Source: a virus. Taken from it: a stretch of DNA of 64,000 nt. Position numbers and translations under genes: made by a program. The stretch spans positions 1 to 64,000 of IMG/VR virus record IMGVR_UViG_3300025840_000015, one strand, 5' to 3'. Positions 1 through 9,758 of the stretch are shown in pieces. Numbering within the stretch: the stretch's first letter is position 1; every line of letters begins with the position of its first letter. A model generated the notes under the pieces. It worked only from the letters and a program-made list of their open reading frames with translations. It was not told the origin of the DNA and made no database searches.

Positions 1-914
1 TCATCAATCTGTTCTTGTTGACGAGCAAAGAAAGAATCAATCTCATTATGAATTTCAATATTCTTTCCAATAATAGTATCAAGATTCACCTGAGGAATCT
101 CAACGTAAGTGGTATCAGATGAATTATCGTTGATAAGTTCCTTCAACTTACTATCAAGAGATTCTGCGGTTTTAACTTCAGGTTCAGAACTTTCAGTTTC
201 TTGTTCATCACCCTCAGTAGATTGTTGTTCAGTGGACTGTTCTCCACCTTCAGATTGCTCCTGAGGTTGGCTTTCAGAAGACTGTGAATTTTCAGAAGAC
301 TGAGATCCCTCATCCGATTGAGTATTTCCCTCAGGATTCTGCTCTGCTGAAGACTCTTCTTTATTTTCCTTTTCTTTCTTACAATACTTATAAAGTTCTT
401 CAGCAGCAATCAGAACATCGGCAAAAGTTTCTGTATTAGCAATCAGATCAATAATTTCTGCTTCTTTACCTTGCTCAATACGGACATCAACAAAGTTGCC
501 AATCTTAAAGTAAAGGTTGGCACGGTCGGCAAGATTAAACTTAGAAATATCTTCATTAGCAATATCAAAGAAGTCTTGCTCATTCAGTTCTTTATATCCA
601 CGATAGAAAGACTTTCCGATACCAAGATACTTACGCTTCATCAATTTCTCAATGCGAGCATCTTCTACAATATTTACAAATTGAAGGGGAATACTAAAAT
701 ACCATTCATCACTTGGAGTGAAGAGTGCATGTCCAACCTCATGACCCACCAGCATGTCATATACGATGCTAGAAGCACGTTCCCACATAGGAAGAGTTAG
801 AACTCTATTCAGCACATCAAAAGATGCTGTAGAAACTTTCTTGTGCTCTACCACCAAATCCTCAGTGGCAAGCAGTTTGGCAAGTTGAGATTTGATTTCG
901 TGGTTGACGGTCAT
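1..914 (-). CDS. HExxH metallopeptidase-like protein conserved in T4-like cyanophages (runs off the left edge of the window)
   Basis: Hand translation from ATG at 914: MTVNHEIKSQLAKLLATEDLVVEH...LVGHEVGHALFTP...NIVEDARIEKLMKRKY, then an acidic S/E/Q linker. Missing from the ORF track because no stop lies in the window. Confidence 0.8.
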   Translation of the reverse strand, partial: MTVNHEIKSQLAKLLATEDLVVEHKKVSTASFDVLNRVLTLPMWERASSIVYDMLVGHEVGHALFTPSDEWYFSIPLQFVNIVEDARIEKLMKRKYLGIGKSFYRGYKELNEQDFFDIANEDISKFNLADRANLYFKIGNFVDVRIEQGKEAEIIDLIANTETFADVLIAAEELYKYCKKEKENKEESSAEQNPEGNTQSDEGSQSSENSQSSESQPQEQSEGGEQSTEQQSTEGDEQETESSEPEVKTAESLDSKLKELINDNSSDTTYVEIPQVNLDTIIGKNIEIHNEIDSFFARQQEQID

Positions 915-942
915 TGGTCTTTTGCGTGTGGACCCACTATAC

Positions 943-967
943 AAAAAAAGGAGGTCCGAAGACCTCC
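943..967 (-). terminator. Intrinsic terminator with UUCG tetraloop
   Basis: Minus strand GGAGGTC-TTCG-GACCTCC-TTTTTTT, just after the stop of 992..3070. Confidence 0.85.
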
Positions 968-991
968 TAGTGGACAGTTTAAAAAGTGGTC

Positions 992-3070
992 TCAACCGAG
1001 AATAGAGTTTTTCCAATCTTCACTCATTGCATTCATAATACTGAAAGCAGTCTTTTCACTATCAGCATATCCTTCTCTAATCAAATAATTAAAAATAATT
1101 GAGTTGTAATCATCCCTCACCAATTTAGTTGCTGGTTTGCCACCCATAGAAATAGTTCTCTCTTGAGATTTCTTTCTCATATCACGAAGTTCTTTTGCTT
1201 GACGTTGCATATAAGAAAGTTTTTCACCACCACTTACATCAGAAACAGTTCCACCTTTAGGTTTCATTGGAGAAGTTGCTTTTGCTCCACCAGTAGTTCT
1301 TGCTCCACCTGTAGATCCACCAGTAGTTCTTGCTCCACCTGTAGATCCACCAGTAGTTCTTGCTCCACCTGTAGATCCACCTGTAGTTCTTGCTCCACCT
1401 GTAGATCCACCAGTAGTTCTTGCTCCACCTGTAGATCTACCTGTTCTTCCACCTGTAGCTTTTTCTTTTGCTGATGATCCAATACCATCAACTGAAGAAT
1501 CTTTCTTTTTACCCATTCCCCCAGCAGCATATCCAGCAGCAACTCCCAATCCAGCAGCAAGAGCAGCTTTTCCAAATCCTGAACCTTTAGGTTTACCTCC
1601 AGTAGGTTCTGGTCCAGCAGATAAAGATTTATTGTCTGAAGTAGGTTTGTCAGATTTTGATGGTGATAAAGCTTTTGGTTTTTTTGGTCTTGGAGTCATA
1701 TCTCTAATTGATACTGCATCTATTCGCGCATCTGTAGCAGCACTACTACCAGTCTTTGCAAGTGGTCCTCCCTTAGTTGAAAGTGCTCCACCACTACCAG
1801 TCTTTGCAAGTGCTCCACCACTACCAGTCTTTACAATTGCTCCACCACTAGTCTTTCCGGTTGATCCACCTGATCCCCAAGCTGGTTTTGGTGCTCTACG
1901 TTCACCAGCCTTAATATCTCTGGTGCCCATCAAACCACCGCCAGACATTTTATTCATTCTTTCAACATCCATAAATTGTTGAGATCTTCCTGGCAATGAT
2001 GCCTTTGGTGAACTTCCACTGAGTTTAGGAGCTGATGTTACATCTCTAACTGATACTGGTTCTATTTTTCCACTTGCAACTCCACCACCTTTAGTAGACT
2101 TAACTATAGCACTAGATTTTGATGATGCTGGGGGAAGAGATGCTTTTGGTGCAGGTGATGGAGGAAGTGATCCTCCAGGAAGGCGACTGGATGGTCCAGT
2201 TTTTGGAATACCAAGTTGCTTTGTTGCTTTTTTGGGAAATTGATTCCAAGGATTGCCAATTTTACTGGAAACCTTTTTAGCGGCAGTCTTAACGGCGGGT
2301 AAAGCAGCAGATGCTGCAGTAGTTGCCGATCTAACAATTGGAGCTGCAGCTTTTGCAGCAGTCTTTGCACCTGGGAATGCCATCATCATGGCAGGAAGCA
2401 TTGTCGTAAGAGCAGTATCAGTTATTGCTCTCTTTTTAATCGTATCAGCTGATGGACCACCAGCTGCTTTATGTCTTTCCCATCCTTTTTGAATTGCAGA
2501 TGGTTGTCTCACTGCCAAAGATGACGATGCTTTCTTATCCTTGAGCATATCAAGATATTTTTCTGGTTTCTGTGAGGAAGGTCCAGGTGCAGCATTCTTG
2601 GCAGCTCTAGCAGTTGCCTGTCTTGCCAGTTCATCATTAGCTACATCACCAGATAATTTTTTTCCCTTAGAACTATATCCAACAGGTCTAATTCCCTTTT
2701 TGGCAAGGGTCTTTTGATTCATTCCAGTTGCTGCTGCTTTTTGAATCCCTGGTTTCAATTTCTTAAGAAGTCCACCGGCAGCCTTTAGTCCTCTAGAAAT
2801 TAATGCACCACGAACTTCATCAAGATACTCAACCTCTTCAGTTAAAATTGTATCAATACCGTAAGAGAATGATAGAACATCATAATAGAATTCTAATACT
2901 AATTCTTCATCTTTAAAGAGTTCTTCAACAAAATATTGAAGATCTGCTTCTTCTTCAAAGATCATCAAATCACTACAAAATTCAGATACTTCTTGAGAGA
3001 TATTATTTCCACTCCTATCATACACACTATTGTATGCTTCCATCAATCCGCTATAATCTTTAGAATTCAT
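992..3070 (-). CDS. Low-complexity basic protein, probable internal virion protein
   Basis: 692 aa. Acidic N-terminus (LMEAYNSVY), K/G/S/A-rich body, C-terminal YLIREGYADSEKTAFSIMNAMSEDW. Late promoter upstream. Confidence 0.6.
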   Translation of the reverse strand: MNSKDYSGLMEAYNSVYDRSGNNISQEVSEFCSDLMIFEEEADLQYFVEELFKDEELVLEFYYDVLSFSYGIDTILTEEVEYLDEVRGALISRGLKAAGGLLKKLKPGIQKAAATGMNQKTLAKKGIRPVGYSSKGKKLSGDVANDELARQATARAAKNAAPGPSSQKPEKYLDMLKDKKASSSLAVRQPSAIQKGWERHKAAGGPSADTIKKRAITDTALTTMLPAMMMAFPGAKTAAKAAAPIVRSATTAASAALPAVKTAAKKVSSKIGNPWNQFPKKATKQLGIPKTGPSSRLPGGSLPPSPAPKASLPPASSKSSAIVKSTKGGGVASGKIEPVSVRDVTSAPKLSGSSPKASLPGRSQQFMDVERMNKMSGGGLMGTRDIKAGERRAPKPAWGSGGSTGKTSGGAIVKTGSGGALAKTGSGGALSTKGGPLAKTGSSAATDARIDAVSIRDMTPRPKKPKALSPSKSDKPTSDNKSLSAGPEPTGGKPKGSGFGKAALAAGLGVAAGYAAGGMGKKKDSSVDGIGSSAKEKATGGRTGRSTGGARTTGGSTGGARTTGGSTGGARTTGGSTGGARTTGGSTGGARTTGGAKATSPMKPKGGTVSDVSGGEKLSYMQRQAKELRDMRKKSQERTISMGGKPATKLVRDDYNSIIFNYLIREGYADSEKTAFSIMNAMSEDWKNSILG
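1282..1458. repeat. 30-bp coding tandem repeat, about 5 copies (TTGGSTGGAR)
   Basis: Unit CCAGTAGTTCTTGCTCCACCTGTAGATCCA repeated in tandem. Confidence 0.95.
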
Positions 3071-3094
3071 CGCCCTTAAAATCTTGTTTAAAAA

Positions 3095-3102
3095 TATTTA
3101 TA
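3095..3102 (-). promoter_or_regulatory. T4-type late promoter TATAAATA
   Basis: Exact consensus about 25 bp upstream of the ATG at 3070. Confidence 0.8.
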
Positions 3103-3129
3103 AAAAAAAAGTGCCTTATTTAGGCACTT
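3102..3129 (-). terminator. Intrinsic terminator after gp46
   Basis: Minus strand AAGTGCCT-AAAT-AAGGCACTT followed by a T run. Confidence 0.75.
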
Positions 3130-3149
3130 CTGATTGGTTGTATATTTTG

Positions 3150-4862
3150 TTATTTTAAAATCCTCGAAAATCCTTTTACTTTTTCAAATTTTGTTACAGA
3201 ATCAAATCTGTCTTCCAATCCTACTTTATGTGATATTACAAAAATATTAGCATCTTTAATTACATATCTAATAATTTTTAAAAACTCTTCCGTTCCAAAT
3301 CCATCTAGAGAAGAATCAAAAACTTCATCCATAATCAACAAGTTAGTATTTACTGAGTTTTTAATTCTAGCAACTTCTCTCCAAGTGAAAAGAAGTGCTA
3401 GATCAATTCTCATTTTTTCACCTTCACTAAATGAAGAATATGAAAAATCTTCATGAATTGGAGATTCTATAGTTTCATCAAATTCTTCATCAAGTTTAAA
3501 GTTGATGAAGAATTCCATCATTTGCAAATAACGATTAACTTGTTGATTAATTAACGGAAGATATTTTTTAATAATTTTTGTTTTTACGCCATCATCTTTT
3601 AGTAAAGAATTGGCAAAATCGTAATAAACGATTTCTTGTTTTTTGTCTGATAGTTTTTCTGTTGTCTTGTGGAGATTTTCCTTAAATTGTTCTAATTTCT
3701 CATGTTCAGAATTTCTGTCCTGTAGCTGACTGGTAATAGTTTGAATTTCATGTTCAAGATCTCTGATTTGTCTATTGTTGATCTTAGACCTAGTATTGTT
3801 TTGAGAAATATCATGAGTTAATTTGTTAATCTCCTTGGAAAGTGCATTGAACTGACGCTCTCTTTCTTGTTCAGACTTAATTGATTTTTCAAGTTCTTCA
3901 TAACCTTCTTTAAGTTCTCTTGCTTTATTTTTAGCGTCACTAATTCTATTTAACCGAAAAGAATCTTCAATATTTTGTGTGCATGTTGGGCAAACCGTAT
4001 TTTTATCAAAAAATTCATACTCTTCAGTAATAACAGATACTTTTTGGGAGATTTTTCCTTTCAAATTGTTTAGTTTTACTAACTTATCTTTGTAGTTAAC
4101 TAACTTGTCTTGCTCTGATATTAGACTTTTAATTTCTTTGTGTAGTTCTTCATTAGTTTTTTCTAATTCATCAATTTCTTGATTGATAGAAATAATTTTA
4201 TTTTTGTTATCTAGTATTTTTGAATTTCCCAGGTTCTCAAGTTCTTCAATAAAGTTAGACTGCATTTCTACTTTATCAAAAAGACTCTCTTTTTTTACAT
4301 TTAATGATTTAATAATATCTCGTTCGAGTCTAATCTTATCCTTTATAACACCACTCATCACAGAGAATATTCTAATATCCAACAAATCTTCAATAACTTC
4401 TCTGCGATTAGCAGTTGTTAATTGCATAAAAGGAACAAAACTACTGCTACCAAGAATAACAATTTGGGTAAATGATTTGTAGTTTAATTTTAAAATATTT
4501 TCTTCAAGAATTCTTTGATTTGACCTATCGTCAGATTCTTTATGGAGAGTTATTCCATCAACTACAATGTCAAAGATATTTGGCTTTATACCTCTCCTTA
4601 CCAAATATTGCTTATCATTAATACTAAACTCAATTTCAACAACACAGTCTTTTTCATTTGTAGAGTTTACTAATTGAGGTTTTGTAATTTTCCTAAAACT
4701 TTTATTGAAGAGAACAAAAGTTAAAGCATCCAAAATAGTAGATTTTCCAGATCCATTTGATCCAACAATCAAATTAGTATTATTTTTTTGGAAGTTTACT
4801 TCTGTAAAATGATTTCCAGTGGAAAGGAAATTTTTATAACGAATTTTTTTAAAAGTTATCAT
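3150..4862 (-). CDS. gp46: Recombination endonuclease subunit, Rad50/SbcC-like ATPase
   Basis: Walker A GSNGSGKS, CPTC zinc hook, FSEGEK signature, LIMDEVFD Walker B. Confidence 0.97.
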   Translation of the reverse strand: MITFKKIRYKNFLSTGNHFTEVNFQKNNTNLIVGSNGSGKSTILDALTFVLFNKSFRKITKPQLVNSTNEKDCVVEIEFSINDKQYLVRRGIKPNIFDIVVDGITLHKESDDRSNQRILEENILKLNYKSFTQIVILGSSSFVPFMQLTTANRREVIEDLLDIRIFSVMSGVIKDKIRLERDIIKSLNVKKESLFDKVEMQSNFIEELENLGNSKILDNKNKIISINQEIDELEKTNEELHKEIKSLISEQDKLVNYKDKLVKLNNLKGKISQKVSVITEEYEFFDKNTVCPTCTQNIEDSFRLNRISDAKNKARELKEGYEELEKSIKSEQERERQFNALSKEINKLTHDISQNNTRSKINNRQIRDLEHEIQTITSQLQDRNSEHEKLEQFKENLHKTTEKLSDKKQEIVYYDFANSLLKDDGVKTKIIKKYLPLINQQVNRYLQMMEFFINFKLDEEFDETIESPIHEDFSYSSFSEGEKMRIDLALLFTWREVARIKNSVNTNLLIMDEVFDSSLDGFGTEEFLKIIRYVIKDANIFVISHKVGLEDRFDSVTKFEKVKGFSRILK

Positions 4863-5116
4863 TTTCTGGGGGGAACAACAATATCATCAGTAGTAATTAC
4901 AGCATACTTGTAGTTATACATTTTACAAGTTTTTATTGCAAGATCATCATCAACTTCAACTACATCCATCTCAGAAGATTCTTGGTCCTCTAGCATTAAT
5001 GCATATCTAGTTGCATCGTCTTCATCTTCGAAAAGAAACAATACTTTTTGACCATTTTGATCTTGAACTGCATAAGCTCCATCATCTCTATTATCTTTAA
5101 TTGTAAGAAGAAACAT
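4859..5116 (-). CDS. Small acidic hypothetical protein between gp47 and gp46
   Basis: 85 aa, abuts or overlaps both neighbours, LFEDEDDATRYA motif. Confidence 0.8.
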   Translation of the reverse strand: MFLLTIKDNRDDGAYAVQDQNGQKVLFLFEDEDDATRYALMLEDQESSEMDVVEVDDDLAIKTCKMYNYKYAVITTDDIVVPPRK

Positions 5117-6151
5117 TTAAGTTACCTCACAAGATTGCCTGTATATATCTTGAAAAATCATTTTTATTTTACCCTTGTCCAGATTAAATTCAGAATCATC
5201 AATATATCTATTCAATATTGACATTGTATTTTCTTCTTCATCTACTTCAAAATCTTCCTTTTCAATTATTATAAAATTTTCAATAATTTTGAGATCTTCA
5301 ACTCCAGCAAGATTTAGTTTGTCAATAAACTTATCAAACTCTTTTGGTTTTGATTTTTTCCTTACAACTACTTTGACAATTTTGTTTTTATACTTACTGA
5401 AATTAAATGTTTGAATGGGGGTATCATCATAATAAATGTTATGGAACAATTTGTAAGTGTTATTAATTGGAATAAGTTCTAAAGTTTCAGTATCAAAAAT
5501 GTGAAATCCTCTAGTATCATCAACATCTGTCCAATACATTTCATATGGATTCCCCAAATAGAAAATCTTTCCATTATCAGATCTTGTATGATAATGTCCA
5601 CTAAAAACTTTATCAAATTTATCAAATGATTTACTATCTAAACCATGTTCCATGATAACTTGCTTATTTACCCTAAAACCCTGAAACTCAAGATGTCCCA
5701 TTGCACATTTGCAATTTGTTTTTTTAATTAGTTCAAAAGTTTTTTCTTGATTTTCTTTATTAATCCAAGGAAGAAATAGAATACTCAAATTTCCAATTTT
5801 TACTTCTGATGGATCTTTATATGTAATAATGTTGTCGTATGTTTTTAACAAAAGTTCTGGAGAGTTTATATTGTTAGTATCTTTATAGTATACGTCATGA
5901 TTTCCAATAATCATATGAACATCATACTTTTTTAGATTATCAAATACAACCCTCTTAGACCATTCGAGACTTTGATAATCAATGGACTTTCTGCTATCAA
6001 AAGCATCTCCCATATGAATTACAGATTTTACATCATATTTTTCAAGTGTCGGGAAGAAGATATTCTTATAAAAAAGTTCAAAATAATCATGAAGATTCTT
6101 TGAACCTTTTTTTGCACCATAATGAGTATCTGTAATTACAGCAATTTTCAT
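5117..6151 (-). CDS. gp47: Recombination endonuclease subunit, Mre11/SbcD-like
   Basis: Metallophosphoesterase motifs DTH, GDAFD, GNHD, GHYH. Confidence 0.97.
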   Translation of the reverse strand: MKIAVITDTHYGAKKGSKNLHDYFELFYKNIFFPTLEKYDVKSVIHMGDAFDSRKSIDYQSLEWSKRVVFDNLKKYDVHMIIGNHDVYYKDTNNINSPELLLKTYDNIITYKDPSEVKIGNLSILFLPWINKENQEKTFELIKKTNCKCAMGHLEFQGFRVNKQVIMEHGLDSKSFDKFDKVFSGHYHTRSDNGKIFYLGNPYEMYWTDVDDTRGFHIFDTETLELIPINNTYKLFHNIYYDDTPIQTFNFSKYKNKIVKVVVRKKSKPKEFDKFIDKLNLAGVEDLKIIENFIIIEKEDFEVDEEENTMSILNRYIDDSEFNLDKGKIKMIFQDIYRQSCEVT

Positions 6152-6624
6152 CTGTTGTTTCGGTAATGAATTGAATCCTTAATGCTATTATACTCCGAAC
6201 TGTGCCCAGAAAGCAAGCTATTGTCAACCATCATGACTTCATCAAATCCAGTTCTTTCAATTATTTTGGCTTTAATTTCTAATTGCTTTTTCTCTTTTTG
6301 AATTCTTCTAAGAAAAGCGTAATGAATGATTTGCGTAAAATATGCAAATGGATTGGAAGATTTTTCTGGATCAAAGTTATGAATATATTCAACACAATTC
6401 TCAATTCCATCAGAGATCATATCTTCTCTAAACATGTAATTGACAAAGTTTGGTTTATATGATAAACGAGTTGCAATCTTAAAAAAACATTCACCCAAGT
6501 AGTTTGTAACTGGTGGTTTCGGTAAATCGTTTTCTCTAGAATGTTGTAATTTTTTTCTGTATACGATCAGTGCTTGTAACAACTCTTTGTTGTTGACATA
6601 ATGTTCTGTCTTTTTCTTTGGCAT
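6148..6624 (-). CDS. gp55: Late transcription sigma factor
   Basis: HYVNNKELL, YKPNFVNY, DMISDGIENC, NPFAYFTQI. Confidence 0.97.
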   Translation of the reverse strand: MPKKKTEHYVNNKELLQALIVYRKKLQHSRENDLPKPPVTNYLGECFFKIATRLSYKPNFVNYMFREDMISDGIENCVEYIHNFDPEKSSNPFAYFTQIIHYAFLRRIQKEKKQLEIKAKIIERTGFDEVMMVDNSLLSGHSSEYNSIKDSIHYRNNR

Positions 6625-6653
6625 GGCATTTTTGTATTCCTTTATTTGTTCAC

Positions 6654-6683
6654 ATTATACCACAGTATTGAAGTCTATTTCAA
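6654..6683 (-). promoter_or_regulatory. Sigma70-like promoter for gp55-47-46
   Basis: TTGAAA-N18-TATAAT on the minus strand. Confidence 0.7.
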
Positions 6684-6687
6684 CAGC

Positions 6688-6716
6688 TTGACATATGGTG
6701 CAAACATGATTAGAAT
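6688..6716 (+). promoter_or_regulatory. Sigma70-like promoter firing antisense into the uvsW operon
   Basis: TTGACA-N17-TAGAAT on the plus strand, with no sense gene downstream. Confidence 0.65.
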
Positions 6717-6749
6717 AGGTTTGTTCCCGTTAGAGAAAGATAATAGCTC

Positions 6750-7166
6750 TTAGCTTTCTTTAGAGTTATTGAAGATATTTTCAAGTTTCTTTCTAGCTTC
6801 TTTAACAGAATCTATATATCCCATCTTAGCTGATGGTTTTATCTTCCCAGAACTATTATTAGAAACACTTATTTCATCATATTCATCTTCATCAATGAAT
6901 TTATTGTAAAGATTTATTATCCTTTCATTACTAGTTTCTGTTATTGTAATGATCTTATCCATTTTAATAATATAGAAATCATCATCAGACATTTCCATCC
7001 AAGGTCTTACTTTTATGTGAACTCCTTGATGATTTTGAAATGTTTTCATTGTAACTGGATTCTGAAGAACAATAACAGTTTCTTCATTAGTATCATCTAC
7101 CATTACAAGAGACATTATCTCTTCTCCAGAAACCAGTTTGATAATTGCGTAAAACTCTTCTCCCAT
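6750..7166 (-). CDS. Conserved hypothetical protein, probable Sm-like beta fold
   Basis: IKLVSGEEI...LQNPV...PWM pattern, coupled to the uvsW stop. Confidence 0.75.
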   Translation of the reverse strand: MGEEFYAIIKLVSGEEIMSLVMVDDTNEETVIVLQNPVTMKTFQNHQGVHIKVRPWMEMSDDDFYIIKMDKIITITETSNERIINLYNKFIDEDEYDEISVSNNSSGKIKPSAKMGYIDSVKEARKKLENIFNNSKES

Positions 7167-8629
7167 TATTTTTTAAAAGGTATGTTTACAATATCGTAAT
7201 TAAAATTTTCTTCATTATAAATTTTAATTCTTTCTATTAAATGATTGAGTGTATAATTGTTTCTTGATTTGTAATTGATATCATCGGCAATATCATATAA
7301 AACTGCTTTAGTTTTATTATTTCCCTTTCTTAAAACTCTACCAATTGATTGCAAATTCCTAATTCTAGATTTTGATGGTGAAGCAAAGATTACATTATGC
7401 AAATTTTTAATATTGATACCAGTGCTAAAAGTGCCATAAGAAGCAACAATAATTGCATTGTCTTCCCTTTCTGTGATTTCTCTAACTTTTTCTCTATCTT
7501 CAGTGTCTACACCACCATGAACAAAAAATACATGACGATTTTCACTGATGCTATTATTTATTAAATTGTATAATGGTTCTCCATGACCTTCAACTCTTGC
7601 AAAAAGAACTAATGTATTTCCCTTTAGATCTAAAGCTAAATTTTTAATAAAATTATTTCTTTTCTCATGATTTATAATGTATTGAATTTCATCCTCAAAG
7701 GTTTCAAATTTATGTGGATTATGCTTAAGTAAAAGAACCTTAATATCTAATTTTGCAACATGACCTTTTTCCATCAATTCATTAGTTTTAATAATTTTAT
7801 ATGATGGTCCAAATAGTCCCTCTAAAACCCATTTATGTGTTTGGGTGCCATCTAGAGTTCCAGTAAATCCAAATCTATATTTTGCATCAGAAAGTTTTGT
7901 CATTATAGATACTAATGATTTTGATTTAAACTGGTGTGCTTCATCTCCAATTACTACATTAAATCTTGAAAAATATTGTCGAGGAAGTTTGTATATAGAT
8001 TGCCAGGTTGTAATAATTACTTGGGAATCTGTTTCTCTTTCCTTACCAGCATAAATTTTGTGGCAATATGAACCAACATCAAATCCATAATCTTCAAAAT
8101 CTTTATACATCTGCTCTACAAGGGATGTCGTTGGAACAACTAAAAGAATATTTTGTTGTTTCGCAACATAATATCTCACTACTGAATAAATCATCAATGA
8201 TTTTCCAGAAGCAGTTGGAGATATCAATAACTTTCTATTATGTCTTAAAGCGTCGTATACTCCCTCTATTTGGTAGTCACGGGGGGAATATTTGCAAATA
8301 GAATTCATGTAATCTTTGACACCCTCTTTTGAAATATTTTCATTCACTTCAAAAGGAAGACCATAATACTTATTATCTTTAAATTCATATGTATAATTAT
8401 ATTGCTCACAAAAACGAATAACTTTATCTAAAAGACCTACATATATTTCTTTAGTATTTACATTAAACAGATATATAAACCCATCCCACCATTTATTTTT
8501 GTATGCTGGAGCATACTTTGCATTTGGAACTTCAAATTGAAATGCATCTCTCAGTTCGTAGTAAATGTGAGGTTCTGCTTCAATCTGAAGAAATACTTCG
8601 TTCTTCTTTGAGATTACCAAATGGGACAT
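7166..8629 (-). CDS. uvsW: SF2 DNA helicase UvsW
   Basis: SPTASGKS, GDEAH, GFTGT, QSIGRVLR. Confidence 0.97.
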   Translation of the reverse strand: MSHLVISKKNEVFLQIEAEPHIYYELRDAFQFEVPNAKYAPAYKNKWWDGFIYLFNVNTKEIYVGLLDKVIRFCEQYNYTYEFKDNKYYGLPFEVNENISKEGVKDYMNSICKYSPRDYQIEGVYDALRHNRKLLISPTASGKSLMIYSVVRYYVAKQQNILLVVPTTSLVEQMYKDFEDYGFDVGSYCHKIYAGKERETDSQVIITTWQSIYKLPRQYFSRFNVVIGDEAHQFKSKSLVSIMTKLSDAKYRFGFTGTLDGTQTHKWVLEGLFGPSYKIIKTNELMEKGHVAKLDIKVLLLKHNPHKFETFEDEIQYIINHEKRNNFIKNLALDLKGNTLVLFARVEGHGEPLYNLINNSISENRHVFFVHGGVDTEDREKVREITEREDNAIIVASYGTFSTGINIKNLHNVIFASPSKSRIRNLQSIGRVLRKGNNKTKAVLYDIADDINYKSRNNYTLNHLIERIKIYNEENFNYDIVNIPFKK

Positions 8630-8664
8630 AAATTAATGTTCAATATAATAATATTTATTGACAA

Positions 8665-8691
8665 TAAAAAAACCTCTCAATGGGAGAGGTT
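8665..8691 (-). terminator. Intrinsic terminator after uvsY
   Basis: Minus strand AACCTCTC-CCATT-GAGAGGTT followed by a T run. Confidence 0.75.
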
Positions 8692-8697
8692 ATATTA

Positions 8698-9138
8698 TTA
8701 ATTAAATCCTGCTTGAAATCTATTCCATTCAATTGCATTCTTAATTTGAAATGTTCTATTTGATACTGTTTTAATTATCTCCTCAAGAAACTTGAGCATA
8801 ATATCATAATATCTGATTTTAAGATCAATTTTATTTAACCTCTCATCGGCATCTAGATGCCTCTGTAGCGCTTCTTTATCTCTGACTTTATATGGAAACG
8901 GTTCTTGGTCATAAACCTCTGCTGGTGCCTTTCCTGAGTAGTAGTTATATCGTTCAAGCTTTACTTTATTGTAAGTTTCTCTTGATTTTTCTCTAAGTAA
9001 AGTTATTGTATTATATAAAGTATAATACTTAGCATGTAACTGTGGTATCTTTAAAGATTCATCATGTAAATTATCAGGATCAATTACAGAATCTTTTTTC
9101 CACATATCCTGAATTTCATCTAGATTCATAATCATCAA
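8698..9138 (-). CDS. uvsY: Recombination mediator UvsY
   Basis: DSVIDPDNL...IPQLHAKY...FQIKNAIEW. Confidence 0.93.
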   Translation of the reverse strand: MMIMNLDEIQDMWKKDSVIDPDNLHDESLKIPQLHAKYYTLYNTITLLREKSRETYNKVKLERYNYYSGKAPAEVYDQEPFPYKVRDKEALQRHLDADERLNKIDLKIRYYDIMLKFLEEIIKTVSNRTFQIKNAIEWNRFQAGFN

Positions 9139-9146
9139 ATATTTTT

Positions 9147-9662
9147 TTATTGTATTGTATATACAGTATACTTGAAAGTTGCCTGTGCTGTAAAGTATTC
9201 TATGTCAGTTTCTGAAGCATTAAAGTCGAGTGAAGATAATGATACTGGATATAAATCTTGAAATATAACACTTCTTACTGTATTATAGTTACTATTTAAA
9301 ATATAAAGTGTCCCATCACTAAATCCTTCATTTATATCTTGAGATTCATCAGATGTAATTAAATCCTTATATTGTTTTGTTGTTTCTGGAAAACCAAGTC
9401 CTGTTATCCAATTGTGAATTTCCAAATAGTTTTCCATATTCTCATCAACTAAAAATGTTAATGTCAAATCATTATATGTAATTATATCCCCAGGAACATC
9501 AATGTTTTTTAAGTATGTTGCCTGCAATTCAGTCCCAAGACTAATAGCTGGTATTTTTGCAGTATTGCAAAAGAAGGATACTTTTTTATATTTTGATAAT
9601 GTAAATCTAAATCCAACTGGAGATAAAAAATTTCTATTTTCTATTTGATTTGGAAATGTCAT
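9147..9662 (-). CDS. gp3: Tail completion / tail tube terminator protein
   Basis: NFLSPVGFRF, FLVDENMENY, position after gp23. Confidence 0.88.
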   Translation of the reverse strand: MTFPNQIENRNFLSPVGFRFTLSKYKKVSFFCNTAKIPAISLGTELQATYLKNIDVPGDIITYNDLTLTFLVDENMENYLEIHNWITGLGFPETTKQYKDLITSDESQDINEGFSDGTLYILNSNYNTVRSVIFQDLYPVSLSSLDFNASETDIEYFTAQATFKYTVYTIQ

Positions 9663-9704
9663 TTTACCTTTCTTATTTATTTATTGGTCATTTTATTTTT
9701 ATAT

Positions 9705-9730
9705 AAAAAAAGAGGGTCTGAAGACCCTCC
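9705..9730 (-). terminator. Intrinsic terminator after gp23
   Basis: Minus strand GAGGGTC-TTCA-GACCCTC followed by a T run. Confidence 0.85.
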
Positions 9731-9758
9731 ATTTTTTATGAGTTGTGAATCTGATGGA

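Noticed and set aside
143-409. 88-aa minus-strand ORF
   Set aside because: Alternate frame inside the peptidase gene that starts at 914.
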